Shown here in pieces: positions 20,748-31,215 of a DNA stretch of 62,266 nucleotides. The stretch lies in assembly GCA_963784355.1 (NCBI GenBank), contig CAWAQU010000008.1:1-62266 (forward strand). Reading direction: 5' to 3'. Made by a program: the position numbers and the translations under genes. Numbering within the stretch: the first letter of the stretch is position 1; every line of letters begins with the position of its first letter. Below the pieces are notes generated by a model, which was not told the DNA's origin, searched no databases, and was given only the letters and a program-made list of their open reading frames with translations. The stretch comes from an uncultured bacterium (GTDB taxonomy: Bacteria; Patescibacteriota; JACMRA01).

Positions 20748-21538
20748 ACCTCACTAAATACACTTTCAATCAACTTTTATTTGTTTTTTCTCAACTTAAC
20801 CTATTTCTGAGTTTCTGGTTGCTCTGGAATTTTGAATTTAGTTTGTGGCAATATGCTTTATTTGTATGTTGGAATATTTTGATTTTGCACTATCATCTCA
20901 ATCTGGTCCATATCGCTTCTCATCGAATTTTAAGTAAAAATAAAAGTCTCAACAGCATTTTAGGTAATCTAGCGGCGATCTTCGGTGGGGTTACTTTTGC
21001 AGACTTTAGCAGCACTCACAAAGAACATCATAGATTTGTCTCTGACCCGCATAAAGACCCTGATTATGACATCACTGTAAATACAAACTTTTTTTTAATA
21101 CCTTTCAAAATTTGGTACCACGATAGATTTTTCTGGCAAAATGATTTGTGGAGGCAAGATAGATCATGGATTGGATATTTAGTTGATAGAGTTGCTCAAG
21201 TTTTAATTGTTTCAGGATTTTATTTTTCAGGTAAACTTTCTATTTGGCTATATTTCTGGCTATTACCTATATATTTTGTCGGCTTTTTAAATGGCTTATT
21301 TTTATTTTATTTTCCCCACTATACGACCAAATTTGAAAATTACTGGAGAAAAAACCCTAGTCTCATCACTAAAATTTTAGTCTTACCAATTGATATCAGC
21401 AGATATTTTCACGCCAAGCATCATGACAGAATAAATTTAAATACCTATTATTTCCCGGTTTTTACCTATATTATAACCAAAATTAAACAACCAAATTATT
21501 CTTTACAGGACCTGAGATACACAGACATTAAATCTTAA
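20732..21538 (+). CDS. Membrane di-iron fatty acid desaturase superfamily protein, CrtR (beta-carotene hydroxylase)-like
   Basis: His boxes HIASH, HKEHH, HAKHH; DPxxDPD, WYHDRFF...LWR and GLFLFYFPH. Confidence 0.8.
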   Translation: MFRQINLTKYTFNQLLFVFSQLNLFLSFWLLWNFEFSLWQYALFVCWNILILHYHLNLVHIASHRILSKNKSLNSILGNLAAIFGGVTFADFSSTHKEHHRFVSDPHKDPDYDITVNTNFFLIPFKIWYHDRFFWQNDLWRQDRSWIGYLVDRVAQVLIVSGFYFSGKLSIWLYFWLLPIYFVGFLNGLFLFYFPHYTTKFENYWRKNPSLITKILVLPIDISRYFHAKHHDRINLNTYYFPVFTYIITKIKQPNYSLQDLRYTDIKS

Positions 21539-21594
21539 TTCGCCAGCTGCACTGTAAAATTGACAAGCTTTTAGAAATCAAGCAGGTTTCCAAT

Positions 21595-22422
21595 ATGGGA
21601 TTAGGCGACAACCTACAGTATAAAATTGAAAATTTATCTCTTTATTTTCAAGGCGGAATCAGGCGATCAATACTTATTTTCACAGGTGTTTCCATTGCTC
21701 TACTGGCCCCGATTTATTTCTTGGGTCAGCTAAGTTCAAATTTATGGTTTAATACTTCGGCAAACCCGAACAAGTTTGATTCAAGCAATATAGTAAATCC
21801 TAAAAACTTAAGTGAAGAACCTTTGATTTTCAGTGATACCCAAATTGTAAGGCTTATAGGTGGAGAAAATACTTTATATACCACAATCAATAACAAAGCA
21901 AATTCTGAAATTGGCTATTGGCCATTTATTTACAGTATACAGTCTCTAGATAAAGATGATAAAGTTATTTTTCAAAAAAGAGCACAGACCTACATTTTAC
22001 CGGGGCAAACAAAATACATAGTTTTACCTAATACAACCGGAGAGAAATTAAAAATAATCAGAGAACCCGAAACAAAGGCTGTTAGTTATAATCCAAATCA
22101 AATCGGTATTTATAGAGAACCGAAAATCGTGATAAAAGATCAAACTGTTGTAAAAGATGAAAAAAGCAACACACTCAAGGTAAAAGCTATATTTAAAAAT
22201 GACGATCAGTTGTACATTAATTTGGTAGATGTACTATACATCATTAGAGATTCTAGACAAAGTGTAGTGGGAATTGGAGAATATACTTTTGAAAGCTTTT
22301 ATCCCGGCACAGAGAAAAATATTGAAATAGACTATCCAATGCCACTTAATCGATTAGCTACCCAGCCTGACATACGCTGGTCTATAAACTATTTAGACAA
22401 CTCAACTTTGAAAATAATATAA
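21595..22422 (+). CDS. Membrane-anchored protein with two Ig-like (FxLYD-like) domains
   Basis: TM, then two repeats of N...Y...D...(I/F)xPG(Q/T)xK. Confidence 0.5.
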   Translation: MGLGDNLQYKIENLSLYFQGGIRRSILIFTGVSIALLAPIYFLGQLSSNLWFNTSANPNKFDSSNIVNPKNLSEEPLIFSDTQIVRLIGGENTLYTTINNKANSEIGYWPFIYSIQSLDKDDKVIFQKRAQTYILPGQTKYIVLPNTTGEKLKIIREPETKAVSYNPNQIGIYREPKIVIKDQTVVKDEKSNTLKVKAIFKNDDQLYINLVDVLYIIRDSRQSVVGIGEYTFESFYPGTEKNIEIDYPMPLNRLATQPDIRWSINYLDNSTLKII

Positions 22423-22423
22423 A

Positions 22424-23458
22424 ATGAATAATTTTTGGCAAACACTTAAAAAGCCTTTCTTAATTTTGGCTCCTATGGAAGACGTTACCGATACTGTGTT
22501 TCGGCAAATCATTGCTAAGTGCGGTAGGCCTGATGTAATTTTTAGTGAATTTACAAGTTGTGAAGGTGCACAATCCGTAGGCCAAGCCAGAGTAATTCAT
22601 AGATTAAAATTTGATAAAAAAGAATACCCTATTGTAGCTCAAATTTGGGGTGTCACTCCGGAGGATTACTATAAAACTGCAAAATTAATAAAGGAATTAG
22701 GTTTTAGCGGAATTGATATAAATATGGGCTGCCCAGTAAAAAAAGTGATTAAAATGGGTGCCTGCTCTGCATTAATCAAAAATCCGTCATTAGCCAAAGA
22801 AATTGTAGAAGCCTGCAAAAAAGGTGCCGGAGACTTACCTGTATCCATAAAAACTAGAATTGGCTTTAATCAAATACAAACTGAAGAGTGGATCGGCTTT
22901 ATTTTAGAACAATGTAGACCCGCAGCGCTTACTATTCATGGTAGAACAGTCAAAGAAGAATCAAAAGTACCATGTCATTGGGACGAAATTGAAAAGGTAG
23001 TCATTTTAAACAACCAAATATACCAAAACCAACCCGAAAATAAACCTTTAATTATAGGTAACGGGGATATCCAGACATACCAAGAAGCTCAAGAAAAAGC
23101 CGCACAATACAATCTAGACGGCATTATGATAGGTAGAGGTGTATTTAAAAACCCTTGGATATTCAATCCACAAATTGCACCGACTGCAGACGGTCAGCTT
23201 GTTAATACTGTTACTGGTTTAGCAATTATTCCAAAAGACAGATTAGAGCTACTTCTATCACATCTAGATTTATGGGACAAAACTTGGGGGGAGAACAAAA
23301 ATTATGCTGTATTGAAAAAATATTTTAAGATTTATATTCAGGGTTTTGCCGGAAGTAGTGAGCTGCGTTCAAGGCTTATGGAGACTAAAAATCCCGCTGA
23401 GGCCTTAGATATTTGTCGTGAAATTTTACCAAAACTTGAGGATATAAATATACTGTAA
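22424..23458 (+). CDS. dus: tRNA-dihydrouridine synthase
   Basis: LAPMEDVTD, IDINMGCP, SIKTRIG, TIHGRT, IGNGDI, MIGRG. Confidence 0.95.
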   Translation: MNNFWQTLKKPFLILAPMEDVTDTVFRQIIAKCGRPDVIFSEFTSCEGAQSVGQARVIHRLKFDKKEYPIVAQIWGVTPEDYYKTAKLIKELGFSGIDINMGCPVKKVIKMGACSALIKNPSLAKEIVEACKKGAGDLPVSIKTRIGFNQIQTEEWIGFILEQCRPAALTIHGRTVKEESKVPCHWDEIEKVVILNNQIYQNQPENKPLIIGNGDIQTYQEAQEKAAQYNLDGIMIGRGVFKNPWIFNPQIAPTADGQLVNTVTGLAIIPKDRLELLLSHLDLWDKTWGENKNYAVLKKYFKIYIQGFAGSSELRSRLMETKNPAEALDICREILPKLEDINIL

Positions 23459-23478
23459 CCGATAAATTATTAAAAAAG

Positions 23479-25899
23479 ATGCCCATTTCCGGACTAACAC
23501 AAGCTCAAATACAAGATAGAAAAAATTCCGGTCTAATCAATAGTTATAAACCACCAAGCAGTAGATCTTACGCAAGTATAATTCAAGAAAACCTATTTAA
23601 TTTTATAAATATAGTTTTGTTTGTAATAGCCATAATGCTTGTATTTATAGGCAGGGCCTCTGATGCAATAATTTATATTGGGGTAGTTTTATTAAACTCA
23701 GTTATTAGTATATTTCAAGAAGTAAAAGCTAAAATCACTTTAGACAAAATTACCCTACTCACCACTCCAAAGGCTAAAGTAATCAGAGACGGAAACGAGC
23801 AAAGTATAAATTTATCTGAAATTGTTTTGGATGACATTTTATTGATTAAAACCGGTGATTTAATTCCTGTGGACGGTAAAATTTTGGAAGGACATGCCCA
23901 AATTGATGAATCATTACTCACCGGAGAGTCAGATTTGATTGATAAAAAAGTTCAAGATGAGCTAAAATCCGGTACATATGTAAATAAAGGAAATTGTTAT
24001 TTTCAAGCCACAAAAGTCGGTATAAATACTACAATTAACCAGATTTCGATAGGAGTAAAAAGGTACAAACATAACCAAACACCTATTCAAAATGAAGTTA
24101 ATTTAACAGTAAGGATTTTATTTGTCATTTCTTCAGTTTTTGCTGTATTGATTTTTTTAGGACAATTTTTTTCCAACATTCCTTTTGTCGAGAGTCTGCC
24201 CATTGCAGCCGTAATCGCCGGAATCATACCTAATAGTCTTTTTGTAATGATAAACCTGGCTTATGCTCTTGGCAGTGTCAGAATTTTAAAAAAAGGCGTT
24301 TTGGTCCAGCAACTAAATGCCATAGAATCATTGAGTCATGTAGAAATACTATGTCTTGATAAAACTGGTACACTTACCACAAATCAGATTTTATTTGAAA
24401 ACATAATTCCCCTAAAAAATTCCAAACAAGAAACCTTGCAAGAACTGGCCGATTTTGCAGCTACAACAAATCAATCTACGCAAACTACACAAGCAATTAT
24501 AGATAGCCTATCCGCTAAAAAACTCTCCGTTATTGATGAAGTTCAGTTTTCTTCAATGTACAAATGGAGCGGTTTTAGTTTTAAGCAAGACCAAAACGAA
24601 GGAACTTACATCCTTGGTGCTCCGGAAATTATTTATAATAATAAGGATTTGGACCAAACTATTCAAGCATATCAAGATCGCGGCTACAGAGTACTTTTAC
24701 TACTCAAATCCGACAAAATCTTAAATTTATACAAGAATAATACCCCCACTATTCCTCAAGAAACCCTACCCTATTGTATTGCTATATTCAAAAATGAGCT
24801 TAGGCCTGATGCTGAATCAACAATTAGACAATTCCAAGAAGCAGGCGTAAAAATCAAAATTATTTCTGGAGATAATCCTAGTACTGTCTCAGCTCTTGCT
24901 AAACAAGCAGGATTTCACACAAATTCTGTCCCTATTTCCGGATTAGATTTAGAAAATTTACCTCCAAGCAAGTTTCGTGATATTGCCATAAACAATTCAA
25001 TTTTTGGTCGAATTACCCCATCCCAAAAAGAATCTATAGTTGATATTTTAAAAACTGAAGGATATTATGTAGCAATGGTAGGTGATGGTATAAATGATGC
25101 GTTATCTCTTAAAAAAGCCAATTTAGGTATCGCAATGGAAAGTGGTACCCAAGTCACTCGCAGCGTTGCAGATATACTTTTATTAAATAACTCATTTGCC
25201 GGCCTTACTGATGGTATATTTGAAGGACAGCGAATCAAAAATTCAATAAAAAATACATTCAAAATCTACATTACTAGAGTTGGGTATCTATTTTTAACCA
25301 TGCTGGCTATAAGTATAATTAACCTTCCCTTCCCCTTTACCATCAAACAAAATTCCTTAATATCTTTAATTACTACAGGTATTCCCGGTATCGGCCTCAC
25401 TATTTGGGCTACTGCAGGCATTCCCGATAAAGACAAACTTCTAAGATCCAGTTTAGGGTTTATTATTTCCGCAAGTATTACACTATCTATTTTTGCAATT
25501 ACCCTGTTTTTAGGTTACGGTTATTTTTTATCCATCCAGCCTCAAACTCTAGGTAACTTAAATAACGACTATGCATTAAATACTGTGATTGTGGAAAACA
25601 GGGACAAAATTCAAAGTATTTTAACTATTTTCATTATTCTTGCCGGCCTTACAATAAGCATTTATACTCAAACAACTAAAAAAATTACAAGCTACAGAAA
25701 TTTTTGTCTAGCTGTTGTTACTGCCATAGGATTTTTGATTTTAGTCTTCACTTCTGCTGATTTTAGAGCATTTTGGGACCTTACAGTACCTTCTACATTG
25801 GAAGCAGGCATAATTTTAATCACTTTTGTAATTTGGTTTATTACTCTAAAAATTATCTGGCAATACAGACTCACCGAAAAATTCTTTAATTTGGATTAA
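23479..25899 (+). CDS. P-type cation-transporting ATPase (CtpE-like)
   Basis: DESLLTGES, DKTGTLT, ISGDN, MVGDGIND. Confidence 0.93.
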   Translation: MPISGLTQAQIQDRKNSGLINSYKPPSSRSYASIIQENLFNFINIVLFVIAIMLVFIGRASDAIIYIGVVLLNSVISIFQEVKAKITLDKITLLTTPKAKVIRDGNEQSINLSEIVLDDILLIKTGDLIPVDGKILEGHAQIDESLLTGESDLIDKKVQDELKSGTYVNKGNCYFQATKVGINTTINQISIGVKRYKHNQTPIQNEVNLTVRILFVISSVFAVLIFLGQFFSNIPFVESLPIAAVIAGIIPNSLFVMINLAYALGSVRILKKGVLVQQLNAIESLSHVEILCLDKTGTLTTNQILFENIIPLKNSKQETLQELADFAATTNQSTQTTQAIIDSLSAKKLSVIDEVQFSSMYKWSGFSFKQDQNEGTYILGAPEIIYNNKDLDQTIQAYQDRGYRVLLLLKSDKILNLYKNNTPTIPQETLPYCIAIFKNELRPDAESTIRQFQEAGVKIKIISGDNPSTVSALAKQAGFHTNSVPISGLDLENLPPSKFRDIAINNSIFGRITPSQKESIVDILKTEGYYVAMVGDGINDALSLKKANLGIAMESGTQVTRSVADILLLNNSFAGLTDGIFEGQRIKNSIKNTFKIYITRVGYLFLTMLAISIINLPFPFTIKQNSLISLITTGIPGIGLTIWATAGIPDKDKLLRSSLGFIISASITLSIFAITLFLGYGYFLSIQPQTLGNLNNDYALNTVIVENRDKIQSILTIFIILAGLTISIYTQTTKKITSYRNFCLAVVTAIGFLILVFTSADFRAFWDLTVPSTLEAGIILITFVIWFITLKIIWQYRLTEKFFNLD

Positions 25900-25939
25900 T
25901 TGCAAGTTCAAACTTGAGGAGTAAATTAAAAATTTATTA

Positions 25940-26638
25940 TTAGCCAAATATAATCTGTCTGATATCCTGCAGAAAATTAAAAAAGGAAAATACGACCAAT
26001 AGTGACACTATAAATAATACTAATAAATTAAGCCCTCCCGATTTACGTATGCCAATTAATTGTCCAAACTGAAAATTGAAAATGCCTGTATTTGATTGTT
26101 TTGTAGGGTACAATTGCTCAAATGTTCTGTTGAATGACTCATCGTGGTCTTTATGAAAAATATGGGTAAGTTGGTGTACTACGATAAATGTAGCATTTTC
26201 TCCATCGTCAAATTTAATCAAATCCGAGCTAAAATACAACACAAAGTGCTTGTTTGTAGGATCAGTTTGGTTTATGCCCCATTCTTTTTTAAAAGATCCA
26301 ATTTTATATTGAATGTCCTGGGAAAAGCCAACCATCTTTAAATACTCATTTACACTAGTTTTCACTTTTCTTTTGAAGACTTTAGCACCATTTGTATAAT
26401 CAAGCTCCACTGAGACTTTTCTTGTCCTAAATTTAGCTATAATATTATCAATAATTGCAGAAAGCTGGCTTCGACAAAAATTCTCATAAACTTCATTTAA
26501 TTTTGCCGGATTGTTAGCTAGATTCCCGCTTACCCAAAATTTACCTTTGGCATACTTAAAATCAACCGTTTGATTACGGTTTACCCACAATTCACATCTT
26601 TCCCCCAGATAAAGCAGATTGCCAATTTTCTCTTGCAT
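25940..26638 (-). CDS. YgjP/DUF45-like metallopeptidase-fold protein (HQxxH variant) with C-terminal TM
   Basis: KKEWG...IVVHQLTHIFHKDHDESF. Confidence 0.65.
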   Translation of the reverse strand: MQEKIGNLLYLGERCELWVNRNQTVDFKYAKGKFWVSGNLANNPAKLNEVYENFCRSQLSAIIDNIIAKFRTRKVSVELDYTNGAKVFKRKVKTSVNEYLKMVGFSQDIQYKIGSFKKEWGINQTDPTNKHFVLYFSSDLIKFDDGENATFIVVHQLTHIFHKDHDESFNRTFEQLYPTKQSNTGIFNFQFGQLIGIRKSGGLNLLVLFIVSLLVVFSFFNFLQDIRQIIFG

Positions 26639-26812
26639 AGATCCATTTCTGTATCTCTGTATTTATTTTAGTAAAATTGTAACAGAGTATTTCAATCTTG
26701 GCAATTTTTTTGTAGTGGTCAAATTATTGTACTTTAAGTTTTCAATAATGCACTAAAAGCTTTTGCTACATATTTGACAATTATACATAAAATAGGTAAA
26801 AATTCGAGTAGA

Positions 26813-27355
26813 ATGACAAATTATCGTAGAAAAAAACCGCCTGCCAAAAATTTAGGCAAGAGAAACCTTGTAAATAATCAAATTACAGCCCCTGAGATTC
26901 GAATTATTGATGAAGAAGGTAACATGGTTGGAGTGTATGACATAGTATCCGCTCTTAAAATGGCTGAGGCTAGAGAGCTGGATTTAGTAGAAATCAACCC
27001 AAAAGCTCAACCTCCTGTTGTAAAACTAATTGAATTTAGCAAATTTAAATACCAACTTGATAAATCTGAGAAAAACAAGCCAAAAGCCGCTGATGACATT
27101 AAAACTTTAAGGGTATCTGTGCGTATAAGTGTGCATGATTTACAGGTGCAAGCAAGAAAAGCAGATGAATTTTTGGGAAAAGGTATTAAGGTAAAATTGC
27201 AAGTGCAAATGAAAGGTAGGGAAAAGCAACATCCCGAGGTAGCTAGTGAAACCATGCAAACCTTTTTACAGCTAATTACAAGCCCACACAGTTTTGAAAC
27301 CGAACCTAAGCTTGTTGGAGACAGTAGTAGCTGTACAATTAAGCCCGAAAAATAA
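26813..27355 (+). CDS. infC: Translation initiation factor IF-3
   Basis: NNQITAPEIRIID, LDLVEI, PPVVK, VKLQVQMKGRE. The TTG at 26774 is part of a TTGACA -35 box, so ATG 26813 is preferred. Confidence 0.95.
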   Translation: MTNYRRKKPPAKNLGKRNLVNNQITAPEIRIIDEEGNMVGVYDIVSALKMAEARELDLVEINPKAQPPVVKLIEFSKFKYQLDKSEKNKPKAADDIKTLRVSVRISVHDLQVQARKADEFLGKGIKVKLQVQMKGREKQHPEVASETMQTFLQLITSPHSFETEPKLVGDSSSCTIKPEK

Positions 27356-27356
27356 G

Positions 27357-28004
27357 GTGAGCTATTTTAGTTTTGTTTTAGATTTATTTTTTCCCAGGCA
27401 AAATATCAATTTTTCAGATATTTCCTCGTATTTAACTGATGCTGAAATTGTTGGCTTAAATTATAAGTACAAAGTGCTTGAAAAAGAGCAGGCTAAATAT
27501 ATTGAAAAAGTACTAGTTTGCAGTGATTTTAGTAATAGCCTAATAAAGGATTTGATTGATAGGTCCAAGTTTTTTGGTGAAACAGCAATCAGTAAAGATT
27601 TCGCAAGGTTGATTTTGTATAAATTAAAAACTGAGCAACTCAGTCCTGATTTGTTTATACCTGTCCCAACTGATCCAAAGAGATTTTTAGAAAGAGGTTA
27701 CCATTTACCCCACAGTATCTGCTACGAACTTGAAAAAATATTGGATACACCAACAGTGGATTTACTTTTTAAAACTGAAAACACTTTGCAGCAAAGTCTG
27801 CTGGACAAACAAAAACGTCTGGTTAATTTGAAAGGAAAATTCAAACTCAATCAAAATTTAGCTGTAAATTTAGCAAATTACACAAATATTTTTTTAGTGG
27901 ACGATTTATCTACGACTGGAACTACTTTAGTAGAGTGTGCAAAAGTTTTAAAACAGAATTTTCCTTTTGTTAAAATATATGGCGTGGCTGTAGCCGGGAA
28001 TTAG
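27357..28004 (+). CDS. comF: ComF family phosphoribosyltransferase-like competence protein
   Basis: LDLFFP, PVP...ERGY, LVDDLSTTGTTL; GTG start just after the infC stop. Confidence 0.88.
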   Translation: MSYFSFVLDLFFPRQNINFSDISSYLTDAEIVGLNYKYKVLEKEQAKYIEKVLVCSDFSNSLIKDLIDRSKFFGETAISKDFARLILYKLKTEQLSPDLFIPVPTDPKRFLERGYHLPHSICYELEKILDTPTVDLLFKTENTLQQSLLDKQKRLVNLKGKFKLNQNLAVNLANYTNIFLVDDLSTTGTTLVECAKVLKQNFPFVKIYGVAVAGN

Positions 28005-28019
28005 CTTAAACTAAATATT

Positions 28020-28460
28020 CTACTCCCAACCCAATACACCAAAGTTTCTGTTTTCCTGAATTTCTTCAAGAGCAAATCTAACATATTCAATTGTATTCTC
28101 CGGTAAATTAGTTGAATCAAACCAGGATAAATCATCACATTTTTCCGGCTCGGCATTGAGTAGATCACCGGACCATTTTCTCACTTCAAAAAATAAATCA
28201 ACGTATACTCTACCTGGATATTTCCTGTGCAGTGTATAAACTAGTTTCAAGCCTTCCGATTTAATATCTACATTAGCCTCTTCTTTGGCTTCACGTATAA
28301 CAGCACCCGTAATTGACTCACCTTCATCCACATGACCAGCAACTAATGAATAATAGCCATCCATATAACCAGTATTAAATCTCCTAGACAAAAGAACTTT
28401 ATCTTGATCTCTGAAAATTAAATACACTGCCAAAAATGGTTTAAATCGTTCTGATGACAT
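28020..28460 (-). CDS. NUDIX hydrolase
   Basis: GHVDEGESITGAVIREAKEE Nudix box; NAEPEKC. Confidence 0.93.
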   Translation of the reverse strand: MSSERFKPFLAVYLIFRDQDKVLLSRRFNTGYMDGYYSLVAGHVDEGESITGAVIREAKEEANVDIKSEGLKLVYTLHRKYPGRVYVDLFFEVRKWSGDLLNAEPEKCDDLSWFDSTNLPENTIEYVRFALEEIQENRNFGVLGWE

Positions 28461-28523
28461 GTCCTTAGATTAGTATCCTTTATGTGTTTTGGTCAATACT
28501 GACAATGTTTAATTCTATAAGTA

Positions 28524-29060
28524 TTAAAATGCTATTTTATATACCTCCAAATAAATATTCCCATTTACTATAGTAAAAATAAGAGCATAACCATCTCTTA
28601 AAACTACTGTGGCTGGATGTTCAATTAAGTTGTATGAATTATTCCCAATGCAATCCAAATTTTCTGCAACTTCTTTAAGTGCTCTAATTTCTTGTCTAAA
28701 CTCTTCATAAAGATAGTCTGACCTTTGCAATAATCTAAAATTTCTAAATTCCAAGTCCATTCTTAAATGATTATTATAATGATCCCCACGCACAGGCCTA
28801 TAACAAAAAACTTGTACTTTACGTCGATTTTCAAAAAAGTCACCTGGATTATTTCTATCTCGATTATTGTTTCTGTCTCTTCTGTACTGCTCACTCCTAT
28901 CTTCCCTGCGTTCGTCTCTATTATGTCTTGAATTATAACTATCGTTGGAATAACCCGCCATTGCAGAAGGTGTATTTACTGAAGTTAAGATTAAGGTAGT
29001 CAATGCTCCAACAGTAACAGCTTTAATATTTTGTTCTAACTTACTTCTTTGTTCATTCAT
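28524..29060 (-). CDS. Hypothetical secreted protein with Arg/Asp-rich segment
   Basis: Signal-like ...SAMA, then RDERREDRSEQYRRDR; own TTGACC promoter. Confidence 0.55.
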   Translation of the reverse strand: MNEQRSKLEQNIKAVTVGALTTLILTSVNTPSAMAGYSNDSYNSRHNRDERREDRSEQYRRDRNNNRDRNNPGDFFENRRKVQVFCYRPVRGDHYNNHLRMDLEFRNFRLLQRSDYLYEEFRQEIRALKEVAENLDCIGNNSYNLIEHPATVVLRDGYALIFTIVNGNIYLEVYKIAF

Positions 29061-29212
29061 AATTTACGTACACTATATACCATATATTTTATCTATGGTC
29101 AAACACTCCCAAAGTTCCAAGTCCCTCTGAAAATCAAACAAACCCTTGCCATAAATGAGATTTTATTGATATATTTACTTTGAACAAACTTAAAACAATT
29201 TAGTATTATAAT

Positions 29213-31174
29213 ATGGATAAAAAAACCAAGATATTGTGTATCTTAGATGGCTTTGGATTAGCTGAAAAAACTCCTAACAATGCAGTCAGTTTAGCTCGCA
29301 TGCCTAATTTAAGGCGAATTTTAAAAGATCACTACTGGACTACCCTCGATGCTGATGGTGAAATGGTTGGTCAAGAAACAGGATTGGTAGGAAATAGTGA
29401 AGTTGGACATATGAATATTGGAGGCTTAAAACTTATTCCTCAGCTCAGTTATCAGATTACTAAAACCAGCCAAAGTAGTTATGACATGGATTTAGAACTT
29501 GCTCCGAATCAGCTTTTTGATCCTAAAAAAATTTTACAGGCAAATTGGAAAAATAGAGAAATTGATCAGAAAATTATACATTTGGTCGGGCTTTTTTCTA
29601 CCGGCACTATTCACTCAGACTTGAGACATTGGGTAGGCGCAATTGAAGCAGCAGGAAAGTCAGGAGCTAGTCAAATTGTGATGCACATTATTTCAGATGG
29701 TAGAGATTCAGATAGAGAGAGCTTAGTTTCTACCTGGAATCATTTTGTCAGCACTTATCAAGAACGCCTGGAGCCTTACGAATCCAAAATCAAATTAGGT
29801 AGCATTGGGGGTAGATTTTATGCCATGGACAGAGATAAAAATTTTGATAGGACTTCTCGAGGAGTGCTTGCGATGATTCATGATAAAGAACTTTTTGAAG
29901 TTACTAATGTAAATTATTCTGAATTAATTATTTTAAACCAAAAATTGGTAGAATTCCTCAATAAACACGAGGTAGAACTAGACAAAGTTTTTTCAGTACA
30001 AAACAAATTCACTCATTTTGTTCCTACCTATCATCGTAATCAGGAGTCAGAAATCTCATTTTTTGCGCATACAGAAGAAGGAGGAACCAGCGATTTTTGG
30101 GAGTCTTGGGCAATTGATGACAGAATTCAAGACTATGAAGGCTTAGAAAAAATTAGGAGAGTTTTAGAAGGCTACGCTAATTTGCAGTATTATAAAGTGA
30201 TTTATGACGAGCATTTAGTACCAAAAAAAACGTACCAACAAGACTGCAACATCCAAAAAAATGAAACGGTCTGGTTGATCAATTTCCGTTCTGACAGAAT
30301 GAAACAAATTGGCACTGTACTTACAGAATTAAACGAGGCATTGGATTTAAATTTATTAATTTTAGCAAACAATGATTATAGCATCGGTAAAGAGACTATT
30401 TTAAATCAAGATTCAGAATTTGAATTGAAGTCTGATAACTATTATCCGATTTTTAAAAATAAACCCGTAGAAAACACACTAGCCGAAACCATAAGTAAAA
30501 TGGGGCAAACTCAACTACACGTTGCGGAGACGGAAAAGTATAATCATGTCACTTATTTTCTTAATGGAGGGCAGGATAAAAAATGGCCTGGAGAAGACTG
30601 GTATTTGATTCCAAGCAACAAAGTCCATAGTCACGGAGAAATGCCTGAAATGAAGGCCAGAGAGATTGCAGACTACATCGTATCAAGTGGAGTTGGTAAA
30701 TATGACTATATTATTGCAAATTTTGCAAATGCTGATATGGTGGGCCACACAGGAGATCTAAAAGCAAGTATACAGTCAGTAGAATTTTTAGATGAGCAAC
30801 TAGGCAAAATAATAGATATTTGCGAGAAAGAAGGCCATCAAATGTTGATTACTGCTGATCACGGCAATGTTGAAGTAGTTGGTGAATATGAAACCTCTTC
30901 CGGCAAAATAACTGTAGATACTGAGCACAACGCAAATGCTGTACCATGTATTATAGTCTCCAATAATTTTAATAAAGCTAATTTTGTAGAAAATTTACAT
31001 AATATCAAAAAGGTTGACCCCAATTTAAACTTTGATCCGGAGCTAGTCATGCAGGCCTTGAGTCAAAAAAACAATACAGATCTAAGTGATGAAAATACTT
31101 GGCTTACTAAAGATTCAATTCCAAAACCTTCTCTACATTTATGGTATTCAGGTTTATTTTTACTTGGACTCTAA
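29213..31174 (+). CDS. gpmI: 2,3-bisphosphoglycerate-independent phosphoglycerate mutase, with insertion
   Basis: ILDGFG, GNSEVGH, DGRD, GRFYAMDRD, NFRSDR, AETEKYNHVT, NADMVGH, TADHGN. Confidence 0.95.
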   Translation: MDKKTKILCILDGFGLAEKTPNNAVSLARMPNLRRILKDHYWTTLDADGEMVGQETGLVGNSEVGHMNIGGLKLIPQLSYQITKTSQSSYDMDLELAPNQLFDPKKILQANWKNREIDQKIIHLVGLFSTGTIHSDLRHWVGAIEAAGKSGASQIVMHIISDGRDSDRESLVSTWNHFVSTYQERLEPYESKIKLGSIGGRFYAMDRDKNFDRTSRGVLAMIHDKELFEVTNVNYSELIILNQKLVEFLNKHEVELDKVFSVQNKFTHFVPTYHRNQESEISFFAHTEEGGTSDFWESWAIDDRIQDYEGLEKIRRVLEGYANLQYYKVIYDEHLVPKKTYQQDCNIQKNETVWLINFRSDRMKQIGTVLTELNEALDLNLLILANNDYSIGKETILNQDSEFELKSDNYYPIFKNKPVENTLAETISKMGQTQLHVAETEKYNHVTYFLNGGQDKKWPGEDWYLIPSNKVHSHGEMPEMKAREIADYIVSSGVGKYDYIIANFANADMVGHTGDLKASIQSVEFLDEQLGKIIDICEKEGHQMLITADHGNVEVVGEYETSSGKITVDTEHNANAVPCIIVSNNFNKANFVENLHNIKKVDPNLNFDPELVMQALSQKNNTDLSDENTWLTKDSIPKPSLHLWYSGLFLLGL

Positions 31175-31215
31175 ATATTTGACAAAAGACCATCATAAAG
31201 GCATTAATATCTGTA

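Noticed and set aside
29870-30200. Intein in gpmI
   Set aside because: No N-terminal Cys/Ser block, no His-Asn end and no LAGLIDADG motifs.
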